This document shows, piece by piece, positions 1 through 9,522 of a stretch of DNA of 41,231 nucleotides (position 1 is its first letter; every line of letters begins with the position of its first letter). The stretch spans positions 1 to 41,231 of the forward strand of contig CAZVFJ010000003.1 in assembly GCA_964625825.1 (NCBI GenBank), written 5' to 3'. The translations under genes and the position numbers were made by a program. Under the pieces are notes generated by a model, which saw nothing but the letters and a program-made list of their open reading frames with translations, was not told the origin of the DNA and ran no database searches. Source of the stretch: an uncultured Leptospirales bacterium. Its GTDB lineage: Bacteria; Spirochaetota; UBA4802; UBA5550.

Positions 1-177
1 GCACAATTGGCGGTAAGGTACTCCAAGCTGGCGATAAACAAGGGTATGGAGACGGATATTAATACTGCAATAGTTTTTGAAAACCAGGTCTTTGCACTTT
101 GCTTTGCAACAGAGGATCAAAAAGAGGGTATGAATGCGTTTGTTGAAAAAAGAAGCCCTCATTTCAAAACAAAATAA
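1..177 (+). CDS. enoyl-CoA hydratase (crotonase family), C-terminal fragment; the gene starts upstream of the window
   Basis: Frame 1 is open from base 1 to TAA at 175-177. It translates to ...[48 protein letters not shown], a typical crotonase C-terminus (EGxxAFxEKRxPxF). It lies directly upstream of hbd, as in crt-hbd clusters. Confidence 0.7.
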   Translation, partial: AQLAVRYSKLAINKGMETDINTAIVFENQVFALCFATEDQKEGMNAFVEKRSPHFKTK

Positions 178-199
178 CAGAGATAAAGAGGAAACAAAA

Positions 200-1045
200 A
201 TGAAAATCACAGTACTCGGTTCAGGCACAATGGGCGCGGGGATCGTTCAGGTTCTTGCCCAGTTTGGGCATGATGTAATTATGCGCGATCTTGAAGAATC
301 ATTTCTTTCAAGAGGAATATCTATTATCACCAAAAATCTTGATAAACTTGTTCAGAAAGAAAAAATCACCGCTGATGAAAAAACAAAAATTCTCGGGAAA
401 ATAAAAACAACAACAAAAATTTCAGATGCAGCTGATTCGGATCTTGTAATAGAAGCAGCAGTTGAAAATATGGAAATCAAGAAAAAGATATTTAAAGAAC
501 TTGATGAAGTATGCAAAGAGTCAGCAATCCTTGCAACTAATACTTCATCACTTTCTATAACTGAAATAGCATCATCAACGAAAAGACCTGACAAGGTTAT
601 TGGGATGCATTTTTTTAATCCGGTTCCTATGATGAAACTTGTTGAAATTATCAGGGGGATAGCAACATCAGATGATGTTACTTCAGCTATAGTGAAGCTT
701 ACAAATGAAATAGGTAAAACTCCTGTAGAGGTTAAAGAAGCCCCCGGATTTGTTGTAAACAGGATACTTGTTCCGATGATAAATGAAGCAATTGGCATAC
801 TTGGTGATGGAATAGCATCTGCCGCTGATATTGATGAAGCAATGAAGCTCGGAGCTAACCATCCAATGGGGCCGCTTGCACTTTCAGATCTTATTGGCAA
901 TGACATCATACTGTCAGTTATGAATACTCTCTATAATGAATTTGGTGATCCGAAATACAGGCCTGCTCCACTTCTTAAAAAGATGGTACGCGGAGGGCTT
1001 CTCGGTGTTAAAAGTGGAAAAGGATTCTTCGATTATAAAAGGTAA
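200..1045 (+). CDS. hbd: 3-hydroxybutyryl-CoA dehydrogenase
   Basis: ATG at 200 is preceded by AAAGAGGA. Rossmann motif [16 protein letters not shown] is present, plus [15 protein letters not shown] and [15 protein letters not shown], typical of 3-hydroxyacyl-CoA dehydrogenases. The ORF-track start at 134 is probably an N-terminal over-extension. Confidence 0.9.
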   Translation: MKITVLGSGTMGAGIVQVLAQFGHDVIMRDLEESFLSRGISIITKNLDKLVQKEKITADEKTKILGKIKTTTKISDAADSDLVIEAAVENMEIKKKIFKELDEVCKESAILATNTSSLSITEIASSTKRPDKVIGMHFFNPVPMMKLVEIIRGIATSDDVTSAIVKLTNEIGKTPVEVKEAPGFVVNRILVPMINEAIGILGDGIASAADIDEAMKLGANHPMGPLALSDLIGNDIILSVMNTLYNEFGDPKYRPAPLLKKMVRGGLLGVKSGKGFFDYKR

Positions 1046-1090
1046 GGAAGAGAAGCTATATATACCGGCAAAAAACGTTAAAGCAGCATA

Positions 1091-1134
1091 TTTCCTGCCC
1101 GAAACCAACCTCCGGGCAGGAAATTTTTTATTTT
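1091..1134 (+). terminator. intrinsic terminator after hbd
   Basis: An 11-bp perfect stem, TTTCCTGCCCG (1091-1101) with CGGGCAGGAAA (1113-1123), is followed by TTTTTTATTTT. It overlaps the stop codon of the convergent gene. Confidence 0.8.
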
Positions 1135-3362
1135 AAAATTTCTCGTACCAGTTCCCTGTTAATATCTCCAATATTCCGGCATCCTGTTAGTATCATTGCC
1201 TTTCTTAACTCTTCTCTTATATTATTCATGTAGAAGGTTGTACCTTCTGACTTCATGCCAACAGCCGCTATGGCAACGGGACGACCAATAAGGATGTAAT
1301 CAGCTCCGAGAGCCATTGCCTTGATAATATCAACGCCATCTCTGAATCCGCCATCGACCATGATTTTGATGGATTTTCCTACTGCTTTTACAATTTCATC
1401 AAGCACATCCATTGCCCCGGGCATCTGGTCCAGAACCCTTCCCCCGTGATTGGATACGATTATTGCGTCAGCGCCGGCCCTGACCGCCATCTCCGCGTCG
1501 TAGGGATTCATTATGCCTTTGAGTATAAACGGAAGTGTTGCAGCTGACTTGATTTCTTTCAGTTCATCAACACTTTTAGACCCGACCTCCTGATTTTTCA
1601 TTGCCATGGTTTTAAATACAATCGCATCTATATCTATACCGACAGCAATTGCTCCTGCTTTCTCGGCAGCTTTTATTCTCATTATTATTTCTTTGTTATC
1701 TTTTCTTGGTTTGAAAATCGGTATTCCCCATCCGCCTTCATCTTTAACAGCCTGGAGGCCGATCTTATATTTATCCGGTGTTGCTCCGTCACCAACAAAG
1801 GCGATTGTGCCTGCGTTTTTGCAGCCTTTAACAACAGCTATATTATATTCAAGTTCATCAATGGCTCCACCCATGTTTGTGACAGATCCGGTAATCGGCG
1901 CTGCCATTACAGGGAGAGATATTTTTTTGCCGAAAATTTCAGTAGAGGTATCGGGCTCGATTGATTCATGAATCAATCGTGTTACTACTCTGTACCTTTT
2001 AAGGGACTCAACATTGCGCCTGAACGATTCACCTGTGCCTATACCACCCATACCGGGCACGCCCGTGGGGCAGTCTTTTCCGTCGCAGGTTTTGCAGACA
2101 TAGCATATTTTTTTGAATTTTTCCCGCGCAGCCGCATTTATAGCTTTGAGTGTGATCTCAGAATCGGTTGTCGTGTCGATCTTCAAAAGCTCTTTGCATT
2201 TTGCTATGGAAGCTTCAGCTTCGGCAAGGGTATCCCCCACTGCGATGATATTGCCCGATTTCTCCACATTTGATGTGGGCATCACAACTATGTCGCCTTC
2301 TTTGATATTCAGAAATATCGCCTCAATGCCGGGAACTTTAAGGGCCTCCTCGAGCCCCGATATTTTTTTAACAGTCCCTGGTTTGCATATAATTGCGCGC
2401 TCTATGGAGACGCGGTTGAATACCGGTTCCAGGTTGCCCGGCTCCTGCCCAAGAGCAACTTCTATCACCGCTTTCATGAGATCAACTCCGCTTGAGAGAG
2501 GATATGTGTAAGCAGACATAAATCCTCCTGAAAGACGTGCGGCAAGTTCGCCGATCATTGCACCCTTCTTAGTGACCTTGATATCCCCTTTCGCCGCGCC
2601 GATGGTAATACCGAGCGCCTTAATTCCCTGTTTCATAACATCGATAGCGTCTTTAAGATTCGACTCGGGGAGAGCTGACGGCATGTTGTGCCCCATCTCA
2701 ACGAAGTTAGGTGGAAGGTCAATGATCCTGTCCGCGACACCAGTGATTGTGATTTCACCGTTATATACTATGGCGTCTATAGAAAGCTCGGGTCCCTCCA
2801 TAAACTGTTCAATGATTAGATCTCCGCTGGGAGATGCGTTTTTTGAAAATTTAAAAGCGTCAGCTATCTGGGTGGCGTTTTCGATTTTTATAACACCCCT
2901 CGCTCCCATGTTGTCTGAAGGTTTTAAAACAAGGGGGAATCCCAGAATTTTGCATGCCTTCTTCGCGTCAGAAAGAGACCAGACAGGCAGAAATGCGGGA
3001 GATGGCACATTATTCTCTTTAAATCTCATCCTCATCTTTAGTTTATTGGTTGCAGCCTCGGCGTCTTCGAACCTGATGCCGGGAAGATTGAGGGCGTTTG
3101 CTACAGCAGCGACTGTCTGTGACGCATCAGTACCTACAGTGAGCACGCCGCTAATGGGGGTAATTTCATTTTGCTGCTTAGCTATTCTCACTGAACCCTG
3201 AATATCTCTTGTGCTCATGACAATCGGTATATCAGCATGCTTCATGCCGATTGCGTCGGCATTGTAATCTGTAACAATTACCTGATATCCCATTTTTTTT
3301 GCAGTATCTATGGCAGGAGTCTGGAGAAGGCCCCCCCCGATAATCATAATTGTCTTTTTCAC
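1128..3362 (-). CDS. fusion protein: N-terminal ATP-grasp ligase-like domain plus C-terminal FMN-dependent alpha-hydroxy-acid dehydrogenase/oxidase-like domain
   Basis: Single 744-aa ORF. Residues 1 to about 395 look ATP-grasp-like (IMIIGGGLLQ, FPLVLKPSDNMGARGV, IIEQFMEGPELSID). A Cys cluster CYVCKTCDGKDC sits at aa 420-431. The C-terminal half is TIM-barrel FMN dehydrogenase-like with IIVSNHGGRVLD and VDGGFRDGVDIIKAMALGAD. Confidence 0.75.
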   Translation of the reverse strand: MKKTIMIIGGGLLQTPAIDTAKKMGYQVIVTDYNADAIGMKHADIPIVMSTRDIQGSVRIAKQQNEITPISGVLTVGTDASQTVAAVANALNLPGIRFEDAEAATNKLKMRMRFKENNVPSPAFLPVWSLSDAKKACKILGFPLVLKPSDNMGARGVIKIENATQIADAFKFSKNASPSGDLIIEQFMEGPELSIDAIVYNGEITITGVADRIIDLPPNFVEMGHNMPSALPESNLKDAIDVMKQGIKALGITIGAAKGDIKVTKKGAMIGELAARLSGGFMSAYTYPLSSGVDLMKAVIEVALGQEPGNLEPVFNRVSIERAIICKPGTVKKISGLEEALKVPGIEAIFLNIKEGDIVVMPTSNVEKSGNIIAVGDTLAEAEASIAKCKELLKIDTTTDSEITLKAINAAAREKFKKICYVCKTCDGKDCPTGVPGMGGIGTGESFRRNVESLKRYRVVTRLIHESIEPDTSTEIFGKKISLPVMAAPITGSVTNMGGAIDELEYNIAVVKGCKNAGTIAFVGDGATPDKYKIGLQAVKDEGGWGIPIFKPRKDNKEIIMRIKAAEKAGAIAVGIDIDAIVFKTMAMKNQEVGSKSVDELKEIKSAATLPFILKGIMNPYDAEMAVRAGADAIIVSNHGGRVLDQMPGAMDVLDEIVKAVGKSIKIMVDGGFRDGVDIIKAMALGADYILIGRPVAIAAVGMKSEGTTFYMNNIREELRKAMILTGCRNIGDINRELVREILK

Positions 3363-3603
3363 ATCCTTCCCCCTGAGAATTTTATGTCACATTAATATAT
3401 CGATCTTTCTATATAGTCAATAAAAATCTTTTCACTTTATATCATTTGTTTATAATAGATTTTGTTCATGATAAAGAAGTTCCATAGTCAGCTTTTATCC
3501 CCTCAAAAACCGCGTTGAAAAAGTCTTGAAAATATCTTTTCAATGCAATAATATGGCTGATTATATGAAATCAATTACAGGTAATGACCAATTCGGAGGA
3601 TAT

Positions 3604-4554
3604 ATGAACAGGAACCTCACCCTCGAGGCTACCAGGCTCACTGAGTTCTCTGCGCTTTATGCGAGCAGATATATGGGGAAGGGGGATGATGATTTATGTT
3701 ACAGGTCTTCTGATGAGGCTATGTGGAGACTTCTTGAACGGCTGGACATAGAAGGTGAGATTGTAATCGGAGCCGCGAACAGGGATCTCTATCTTTATGA
3801 CGGTAGAAAGGTCGGAACCGGCAATGGCGCCAAGGTTGATATTGCTGTTAAACCCCTGGAGGGGAAGAGAACATGTGCACTCGGCGGGTATAATTCTATT
3901 TCTGTTGTGGCCATAGGGGGCAAAAATTCATTTATGAAAGTCCCTCCATGTATGATGCATAAGATTGCCGTGGGGCCTGAGGCAAAAGGCGTTGTGGATA
4001 TAAACGAACCCCCTGACATTAATATAAAAAGGGTTGCAAGAGCAAAAGGGAAGTATATTGAGGATATTACTGTCTGTATTCTTGACAGGGAGATAAACTG
4101 GCAGCTCGTTGAGGATATAAGAAAAACAGGGGCAAGGATTAGTTTTATAACTGATGGTGATATCTCCGGTATAATATCTACTGCAATTGAAAATTCATCA
4201 ATAGATATAATGATGGGTGTTGGAGGAGCCAAAGAAGCTGTTATTGCGGCTGCGGGGCTCAAATGCCTTGATGGAGATATGCAGACAAAAGTATTTTATA
4301 ACGATTATTTTGAAAAGACTGTTGCCGAAAATCTCGGAAGGGGGAACCCTGATAAGATTTATAAAATTCGGGATCTTGTAAAAACGGATGACATTCTTAT
4401 AGCAATTACCGGTGTAACTGACGGCGTGCTCCTTCCCGGTGTTCAATATATTGCAGGAGGAGCGCGCACAAACTCCATTGTTATCAGGCAGAAAACTCAT
4501 ACTGTGAGATTTATAAACGCAATTCATAAATTTGACTATAAACCTATATTCTAA
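3604..4554 (+). CDS. glpX: fructose-1,6-bisphosphatase class II (GlpX type)
   Basis: ATG at 3604 is preceded by GGAGGA. N-terminus is LTLEATRLTEFSALYASRYMGKGD. VDIAVKPLEG and ITDGDISGII motifs are typical of GlpX. The ORF-track start at 3526 is likely an over-extension. Confidence 0.85.
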   Translation: MNRNLTLEATRLTEFSALYASRYMGKGDDDLCYRSSDEAMWRLLERLDIEGEIVIGAANRDLYLYDGRKVGTGNGAKVDIAVKPLEGKRTCALGGYNSISVVAIGGKNSFMKVPPCMMHKIAVGPEAKGVVDINEPPDINIKRVARAKGKYIEDITVCILDREINWQLVEDIRKTGARISFITDGDISGIISTAIENSSIDIMMGVGGAKEAVIAAAGLKCLDGDMQTKVFYNDYFEKTVAENLGRGNPDKIYKIRDLVKTDDILIAITGVTDGVLLPGVQYIAGGARTNSIVIRQKTHTVRFINAIHKFDYKPIF

Positions 4555-4772
4555 TGACTACTATGCCCGGTGAGCAACCTCTCATTGATATATCATTTTT
4601 TTTTAGAATCAATGAGGAGATATCTTCTCAAAAAAATCCCGATGACCTGTATAATTCCATTGTAAAAATATCAGTCGAGCTTGCTCAGTCTGAAGAAGCA
4701 TCCCTCCTCCTTTATAATAAAAGCGATGGAATGCTCTACTTGAAATCAACGACAGCCCAGGGAGAGCTATAA
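4554..4772 (+). CDS. short ORF resembling the N-terminal half of a GAF domain; possible gene remnant
   Basis: 72-aa ORF whose ATG overlaps the glpX stop (TAATG). The pattern ...DDLYNSIVKISVELAQSEEASLLLYNKSDGMLYL... resembles the first helix and strands of the GAF domain at 39726-40736. It ends prematurely in TAATAG. A different frame downstream reads KCLKTGFEGFLSMRERVLIN, weakly GAF-like. Confidence 0.3.
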   Translation: MTTMPGEQPLIDISFFFRINEEISSQKNPDDLYNSIVKISVELAQSEEASLLLYNKSDGMLYLKSTTAQGEL

Positions 4773-4881
4773 TAGATTTTTATAAAACAAAGTGCTTAAA
4801 AACCGGGTTTGAGGGATTCCTGAGTATGCGGGAAAGAGTTTTAATAAATTTTCATATTTTTGAAGTAATGGAAGGCTGACA

Positions 4882-5904
4882 ATGAAACTGTCTAAATATA
4901 TTTTCCTTATCACAGGTGCTCTTATCCTTGTACTTCTGTTCAGGTCATTCGGAATAGATGTAACGATAAATCATATAATTAAAATAGGGTGGGGGGGATT
5001 TGGCCTGATCTGTTTTATCTTTCTCTTCAGTAATATATTTCTCGCATATGCATGGCGTGTTTTAATTAACTACTCTGTAGAGAAGGGGAAATTCTATAAG
5101 TTCGTTCTTGCCAGGATTGCCGGTGATGCGACTTCATCCATAAATGCGCTTGGAGCAGCTGCCGGGGAGCCTTTAAAAGCTATGTATGTAAAAGATCTTG
5201 TCCCGTTTAGTATGGGACTTGCAACGGTTGTTCTCGACAGGCTGATCCATATCATATCTAATGTGCTTATGGTGCTCACCGGGATGTTTGCAGGCCTCTT
5301 TGTATTCAGAGAACAGTTTATGAGCAATCTTGCAGTTTTTCTCGGACTTTTGATTTTTTTCGTAGTAATACTGGTAGTTGCATTCAGGACGGTAAGATCT
5401 CAAAGCCGGGGGCTTATAGCCGGAATAGTGAACAGGCTCCCGTTATTCATAAGAAATCGGGTTATGACTGATTCAAGGATGGAGAAGATTGAAAAGATCG
5501 ATAGTGAAATATCTTTTATCTTCAGCAGCAGGGATAACCTGAATCATTTTTATATATCTCTGGCTCTGCACTATTTTGCAATTATAATTTCCTGTTCCCT
5601 TGAGATATATCTCATTGTTAAATTTATTGCACCTCTTGCGGGATTTACTTTCTCAGAAGCTCTCTTTGTGTATATTTTTGGATTTATTGCCACAAGCGCT
5701 TTATTTTTCGTTCCTGCCAATGTCGGTACAAGTGAAGGGTCATATTCAATAGCTCTCAAAATTCTCGGATATGATCCTGTTATAGGACTTTCTGTTGGGA
5801 TAATAAGAAGGTTCAGGACATTTGTATGGGCAGGAATCGGGGTTGCTCTCCTTTTTTATGCCGGTCTTATAAGGAAAGATGTAAAGATTGACGAAGATAA
5901 ATAA
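4882..5904 (+). CDS. polytopic membrane protein, UPF0104 / lysylphosphatidylglycerol-synthase TM-region-like family
   Basis: 340 aa with about 8 hydrophobic segments. The N-terminal organisation (KYIFLITGALILVLLFRSFG...GWGGFGLICFIFLFSNIFLAYAWRVLI) is typical of this flippase-like family. Confidence 0.6.
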   Translation: MKLSKYIFLITGALILVLLFRSFGIDVTINHIIKIGWGGFGLICFIFLFSNIFLAYAWRVLINYSVEKGKFYKFVLARIAGDATSSINALGAAAGEPLKAMYVKDLVPFSMGLATVVLDRLIHIISNVLMVLTGMFAGLFVFREQFMSNLAVFLGLLIFFVVILVVAFRTVRSQSRGLIAGIVNRLPLFIRNRVMTDSRMEKIEKIDSEISFIFSSRDNLNHFYISLALHYFAIIISCSLEIYLIVKFIAPLAGFTFSEALFVYIFGFIATSALFFVPANVGTSEGSYSIALKILGYDPVIGLSVGIIRRFRTFVWAGIGVALLFYAGLIRKDVKIDEDK

Positions 5905-5940
5905 AAGGTGCTCTATAATAATACAGCGGGGTGGCTGCGA

Positions 5941-6477
5941 ATGAAAAGGGAATTACTGGTAGTTGTTTTAATTATAGCTTTTGCGTCAGGGTGTGCAAAA
6001 AAAAATATTACAGGCGAAGTAGTTGAAATAATTCCGGACAACGGCTCTCCGGAAAAAGTAACTCTCCCTGAAAATAAAGAAAAGATTATTATAGAAAATA
6101 AAGAGATTATCAAAGGCAATAGTGTCGCAGAGAGTGGAATAGATAATATTGAAAATTATACAGGTACCTTTAACGTTGCGATGTCGGGCTATAAAGGAGA
6201 GGTCTTTATCGGTGTTGCAGATGGTGCATTTTTTGGGACAATTAGATTTTTTAACTGGGGCAATGGCACTCCTGAACCATTAAAAAATCTTAAGGTAAAC
6301 GATGACAGGATCTATTTTGTTAGATCCATTTTGACAAAAGAAGAGATAGAAAGATATGGCGGTACAGCCACCTTCACACAGGAGTTTTTCGGCATATTTT
6401 CAAAAGACAAACATCTGATCCGCGGGTACTACAGGTATGTAGGGACACAGGATAACTGGGAAGCAGTAAAAAAATAG
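5941..6477 (+). CDS. hypothetical lipoprotein
   Basis: ATG at 5941 gives MKRELLVVVLIIAFASGC, a signal peptide with lipobox FASG-C. I recognise no domain in the mature part. Confidence 0.6.
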   Translation: MKRELLVVVLIIAFASGCAKKNITGEVVEIIPDNGSPEKVTLPENKEKIIIENKEIIKGNSVAESGIDNIENYTGTFNVAMSGYKGEVFIGVADGAFFGTIRFFNWGNGTPEPLKNLKVNDDRIYFVRSILTKEEIERYGGTATFTQEFFGIFSKDKHLIRGYYRYVGTQDNWEAVKK

Positions 6478-6500
6478 GTCATTTCACCGGAATTTGAATA

Positions 6501-7724
6501 ATGACAAAGAGAGTTGCCATAGTAGGGGGAGGAGCTTCAGGGCTGACAGCTGCCCTTGTCGCATCTAAAAAGTGTAAAGTTGTTCTTTTTGAAAAGCAGA
6601 AAAAGATTGGCAGGAAGATACTTGTTACAGGGAACGGCCGGTGTAACATCTCTAATACCGGAATTGGCAGCAGCAGGTACCACGGCCATAATCCCGGCTT
6701 TGTAAATAAAGTCTTTGCTCAATTCGGCCTTAATGAAACAGAGGACTTTTTCAGATCAATTGGAGTTCCTTTCATCGAAGAGGAAGACGGAAAGCTTTTC
6801 CCTGCCTCGCTTCAGGCATCACTCATCCCGAAAGTTTTTGAATATGAACTTGGTGCGCACGGAGTTGACGTCAGGCTTCACAGGTGCATTGATAAAATTA
6901 TCTCTCTTAAAAAAGGTTTCAGGCTTGTAACTGCCGGAATGGAAGAGGAGGAGTTCGATTCAGTAATTCTTTCCTGCGGGAGCTGCGCATATCCTCAGAC
7001 CGGGGCATCGCGTGCGGGATACGAGTTGGCTCGTTCTTTCGGCCATATGATATATGAGCCTTTCCCCGTGATTACTCCGATTAATATCCCTCTTAAGGCA
7101 ATCCACAGGCTTCAGGGAATTAAGTGGGACTGTGGCGTAAAAGTTTATCTTAAGGGAAAGCTTCTTGCGGAGTCGTGCGATGAACTGCTTTTTACAGCTT
7201 ATGGAATTTCCGGTCCTGCATCATTGAAAATATCAAGATGGGTAAATAAGCATGTGCTTGATAATGAAATTCCGGAAATAGCAATAGATTTCTTTCCACA
7301 GATTTCAAAAAACGAACTCCGCGATATGATAAAGATACTGCTTGAAGATAAAAACAAAAAACTCGGGTTCAGCCTTCTCGGGATACTGAAGGATAGAATC
7401 CCGGAAGTAATTCTTTCTATTTCAGGGATCGATCCTGAAAAGAGAAATAGCACTGTATCAGAAAATAATATTGAAGTTATAGTAGAAGCTTTGAAAAAAT
7501 TTAAAATTGAGCCTGGTAAATGCCGCAGTTTTGATGAGGCTGTTGCGGCCGCAGGCGGAGTATCAGTAGATGAAATTGATCCAGCGACAATGGAATCTAA
7601 ACTTGTGAAGAATCTTTATATTACAGGGGAACTGCTTGACATTGATGGCGACAGCGGCGGGTTTAATCTTCAGTTCGCATGGAGTACAGGCGCAATAGCG
7701 GGATTAAGCCAGTTGTCAGAATAG
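6501..7724 (+). CDS. NAD(P)/FAD-dependent oxidoreductase, HI0933/YhiN (BaiN-like) family
   Basis: Dinucleotide-binding motif VAIVGGGASGLTAA, family-typical LVTGNGRCNISN, and C-terminal YITGELLDIDGDSGGFNLQFAWSTG. Confidence 0.8.
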   Translation: MTKRVAIVGGGASGLTAALVASKKCKVVLFEKQKKIGRKILVTGNGRCNISNTGIGSSRYHGHNPGFVNKVFAQFGLNETEDFFRSIGVPFIEEEDGKLFPASLQASLIPKVFEYELGAHGVDVRLHRCIDKIISLKKGFRLVTAGMEEEEFDSVILSCGSCAYPQTGASRAGYELARSFGHMIYEPFPVITPINIPLKAIHRLQGIKWDCGVKVYLKGKLLAESCDELLFTAYGISGPASLKISRWVNKHVLDNEIPEIAIDFFPQISKNELRDMIKILLEDKNKKLGFSLLGILKDRIPEVILSISGIDPEKRNSTVSENNIEVIVEALKKFKIEPGKCRSFDEAVAAAGGVSVDEIDPATMESKLVKNLYITGELLDIDGDSGGFNLQFAWSTGAIAGLSQLSE

Positions 7725-7985
7725 AGACATGAATCCTTCAATCATAGTTATCTGGGTACAGATTGCGTTGAGATTTTCTTCAGAATGAAAAATTCCTGTT
7801 ACGGTATAAGAAATAAATTTCCCGCCTGAACTTTCTTTGGCTACAACCTTCCCCCCGGGGATTGAATGTTCAGCAAGGATGCTCCTGATACTGTCAATTG
7901 TGTACGGCCTGTTTCTGAAAATAGACTTGAATATTACTTCTGTGGGATATATAATTTCTTTCTTCCTTGTATTACTTTCTATCAT
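7716..7985 (-). CDS. DUF493 / YbeD-family small protein
   Basis: 89 aa. IYPTEVIFKSIF and AKESSGGKFISYTVTGIFHSEENLNAI align by eye with E. coli YbeD (FPTPFTYKVMG ... [22 protein letters not shown]). The 3' end overlaps the convergent gene by 9 nt. Confidence 0.65.
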   Translation of the reverse strand: MIESNTRKKEIIYPTEVIFKSIFRNRPYTIDSIRSILAEHSIPGGKVVAKESSGGKFISYTVTGIFHSEENLNAICTQITMIEGFMSLF

Positions 7986-8207
7986 TGTGTTCCCTTCGGC
8001 TTTAATTGTATTTACAGCAATTAATTAAGCACTGTATTAGTCAATATTAATTCACCAAAAAAAAGTTTCAAAAATTTATAGTTTTCTGTTTTATCAGTTA
8101 TTAAGAAAAGTCATTAATAAAGATGGAGAATTAACATTCCTGAAGTAACAGCAGTTGAAAATATAGCAAAGACGAGTTTTAGAATCAGACCTTAGGCAGG
8201 TATTGCG

Positions 8208-9371
8208 CTAAACTGATCTGTTAATCATTATCCTCGGTACGCGCGGCGCGATTGACGTTGCAACTTCATAATTGATTGTCCCGATTTTTGCTGCAATTTC
8301 ATCAGCAGATATCTCCTCATCTCCCTGCTTCCCGATCAGCACAACCTCATCATGGACAGCGACGCCTTCAATTTCTGTTACGTCGATCATTGTGAGATCC
8401 ATGCAGATACGGCCGATTATTGGAGCGCGTTTTCCTCTTACAAGCATATCGCCGTTTGAAGACAGATGCCTGCTGATTCCATCAGCGTAGCCAGCGGGTA
8501 CTGTTGCTATTACAGTATTTTTATCTGTGATATATGTACTACCGTAACTGACCCTGAATTCCGGGGCAACCTTTTTCAGATGCACGATTCTCGATTTAAG
8601 TGACAACACCGGTTTAAGATTTAATATACTCCTGTCTACTTCATCAGATGGATAAAGTCCGTAGAGAATAATTCCGGGCCTTACCATGTCAAAGTGGGAT
8701 TCAGGCATTTCCATAATCGCGGCGCTGTTCGCTATGTGAAGGATCGGTTTTTTATCAAGGATAGATTTAAGTTCAACTGTGAGTTTTTTGAAAAAATTGA
8801 GCTGCTCGCCGGCGTGTGTTTTATTTTTTGTGTCGGAGTTTGCAAAGTGGGAGTATATCCCTTCAATTTCAATATTAGGGAGCTCGGAGATTTTTTTAAT
8901 TTTTGTTGAGAGAGGAGTTTCATCTTCTCGTGAGGTCAGGCCGTCAGCGATAAATCCTAGCCGCCCCATCCCTGTATCAATTTTTATGTGAACCTTCAGA
9001 TTTTTACCGCATCTCATTGCGGAAGCGGAGAAGAACTCCGCATCCTCCATTGAATTAATAGAGGCACGTATGTTAAGGTCAATATATTTTTCAGCTTCGT
9101 AAGACCGTGAATCATCGAAAAGGAGTACAGGCGAATCTATCCCGGCTTCACGGAGAACAGCAGCCTCATTCATCCTTGCGACAGCAAAGAAGTGGACTCC
9201 GGCAGCAAGAGACTCACGGACAATATCAATTACTCCATGCCCGTACGCGTCAGCCTTGACTACAGCCATTATTTCGGTATCCGATGAAATTACTTTTTTT
9301 ATCTCTGAAAGATTATTTCTGAAAGCTGCAAGGTCAATTTCAGCATATATGGGGGAATCTGTGTTATACAA
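8208..9371 (-). CDS. alr: alanine racemase
   Basis: PLP-lysine motif AVVKADAYGHG. The fold shows throughout (HIKIDTGMGRLGF, SHFANSD, GYADG). TTG start is preceded by AGGGAG. Confidence 0.9.
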   Translation of the reverse strand: MYNTDSPIYAEIDLAAFRNNLSEIKKVISSDTEIMAVVKADAYGHGVIDIVRESLAAGVHFFAVARMNEAAVLREAGIDSPVLLFDDSRSYEAEKYIDLNIRASINSMEDAEFFSASAMRCGKNLKVHIKIDTGMGRLGFIADGLTSREDETPLSTKIKKISELPNIEIEGIYSHFANSDTKNKTHAGEQLNFFKKLTVELKSILDKKPILHIANSAAIMEMPESHFDMVRPGIILYGLYPSDEVDRSILNLKPVLSLKSRIVHLKKVAPEFRVSYGSTYITDKNTVIATVPAGYADGISRHLSSNGDMLVRGKRAPIIGRICMDLTMIDVTEIEGVAVHDEVVLIGKQGDEEISADEIAAKIGTINYEVATSIAPRVPRIMINRSV

Positions 9372-9522
9372 GGAAATGGCTCCCTTCGATTAATTTTGTT
9401 ATTTATTTAATGGATTTCCGCACTCGCGGGAATGTCAATGACGGCTCTTTATAAAATATTATAACGTTCATCTCTTTACTGAAAATCACTTCTGTCAATA
9501 TTAAAATCCAAGATTTTAAAGG

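Noticed and set aside
134-199. N-terminal extensions in the ORF track for hbd (134), glpX (3526), the lipoprotein (5908), hemB (14145), sbcD (19410) and the SBP (11535).
   Set aside because: In each case an internal ATG with a good SD restores the family-typical N-terminus (for example [30 protein letters not shown]). The extensions add non-conserved residues.
3331-3338. A G8/C8 homopolymer near the 5' end of the ATP-grasp fusion gene as a phase-variation switch. G7 tracts also occur at 4991-4997 and about 26709-26715.
   Set aside because: The tracts encode conserved Gly-Gly(-Gly) loops (IIGGGLL, GWGGFG, IGGAF) and all three genes are in frame. With no evidence of length heterogeneity from a single sequence, this is best explained by glycine codon choice.
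7716-7724. A 9-nt convergent overlap between the FAD oxidoreductase and DUF493 genes as a regulatory antisense arrangement.
   Set aside because: Short 3'-3' overlaps are common in compact genomes, and no additional structure or motif accompanies it.
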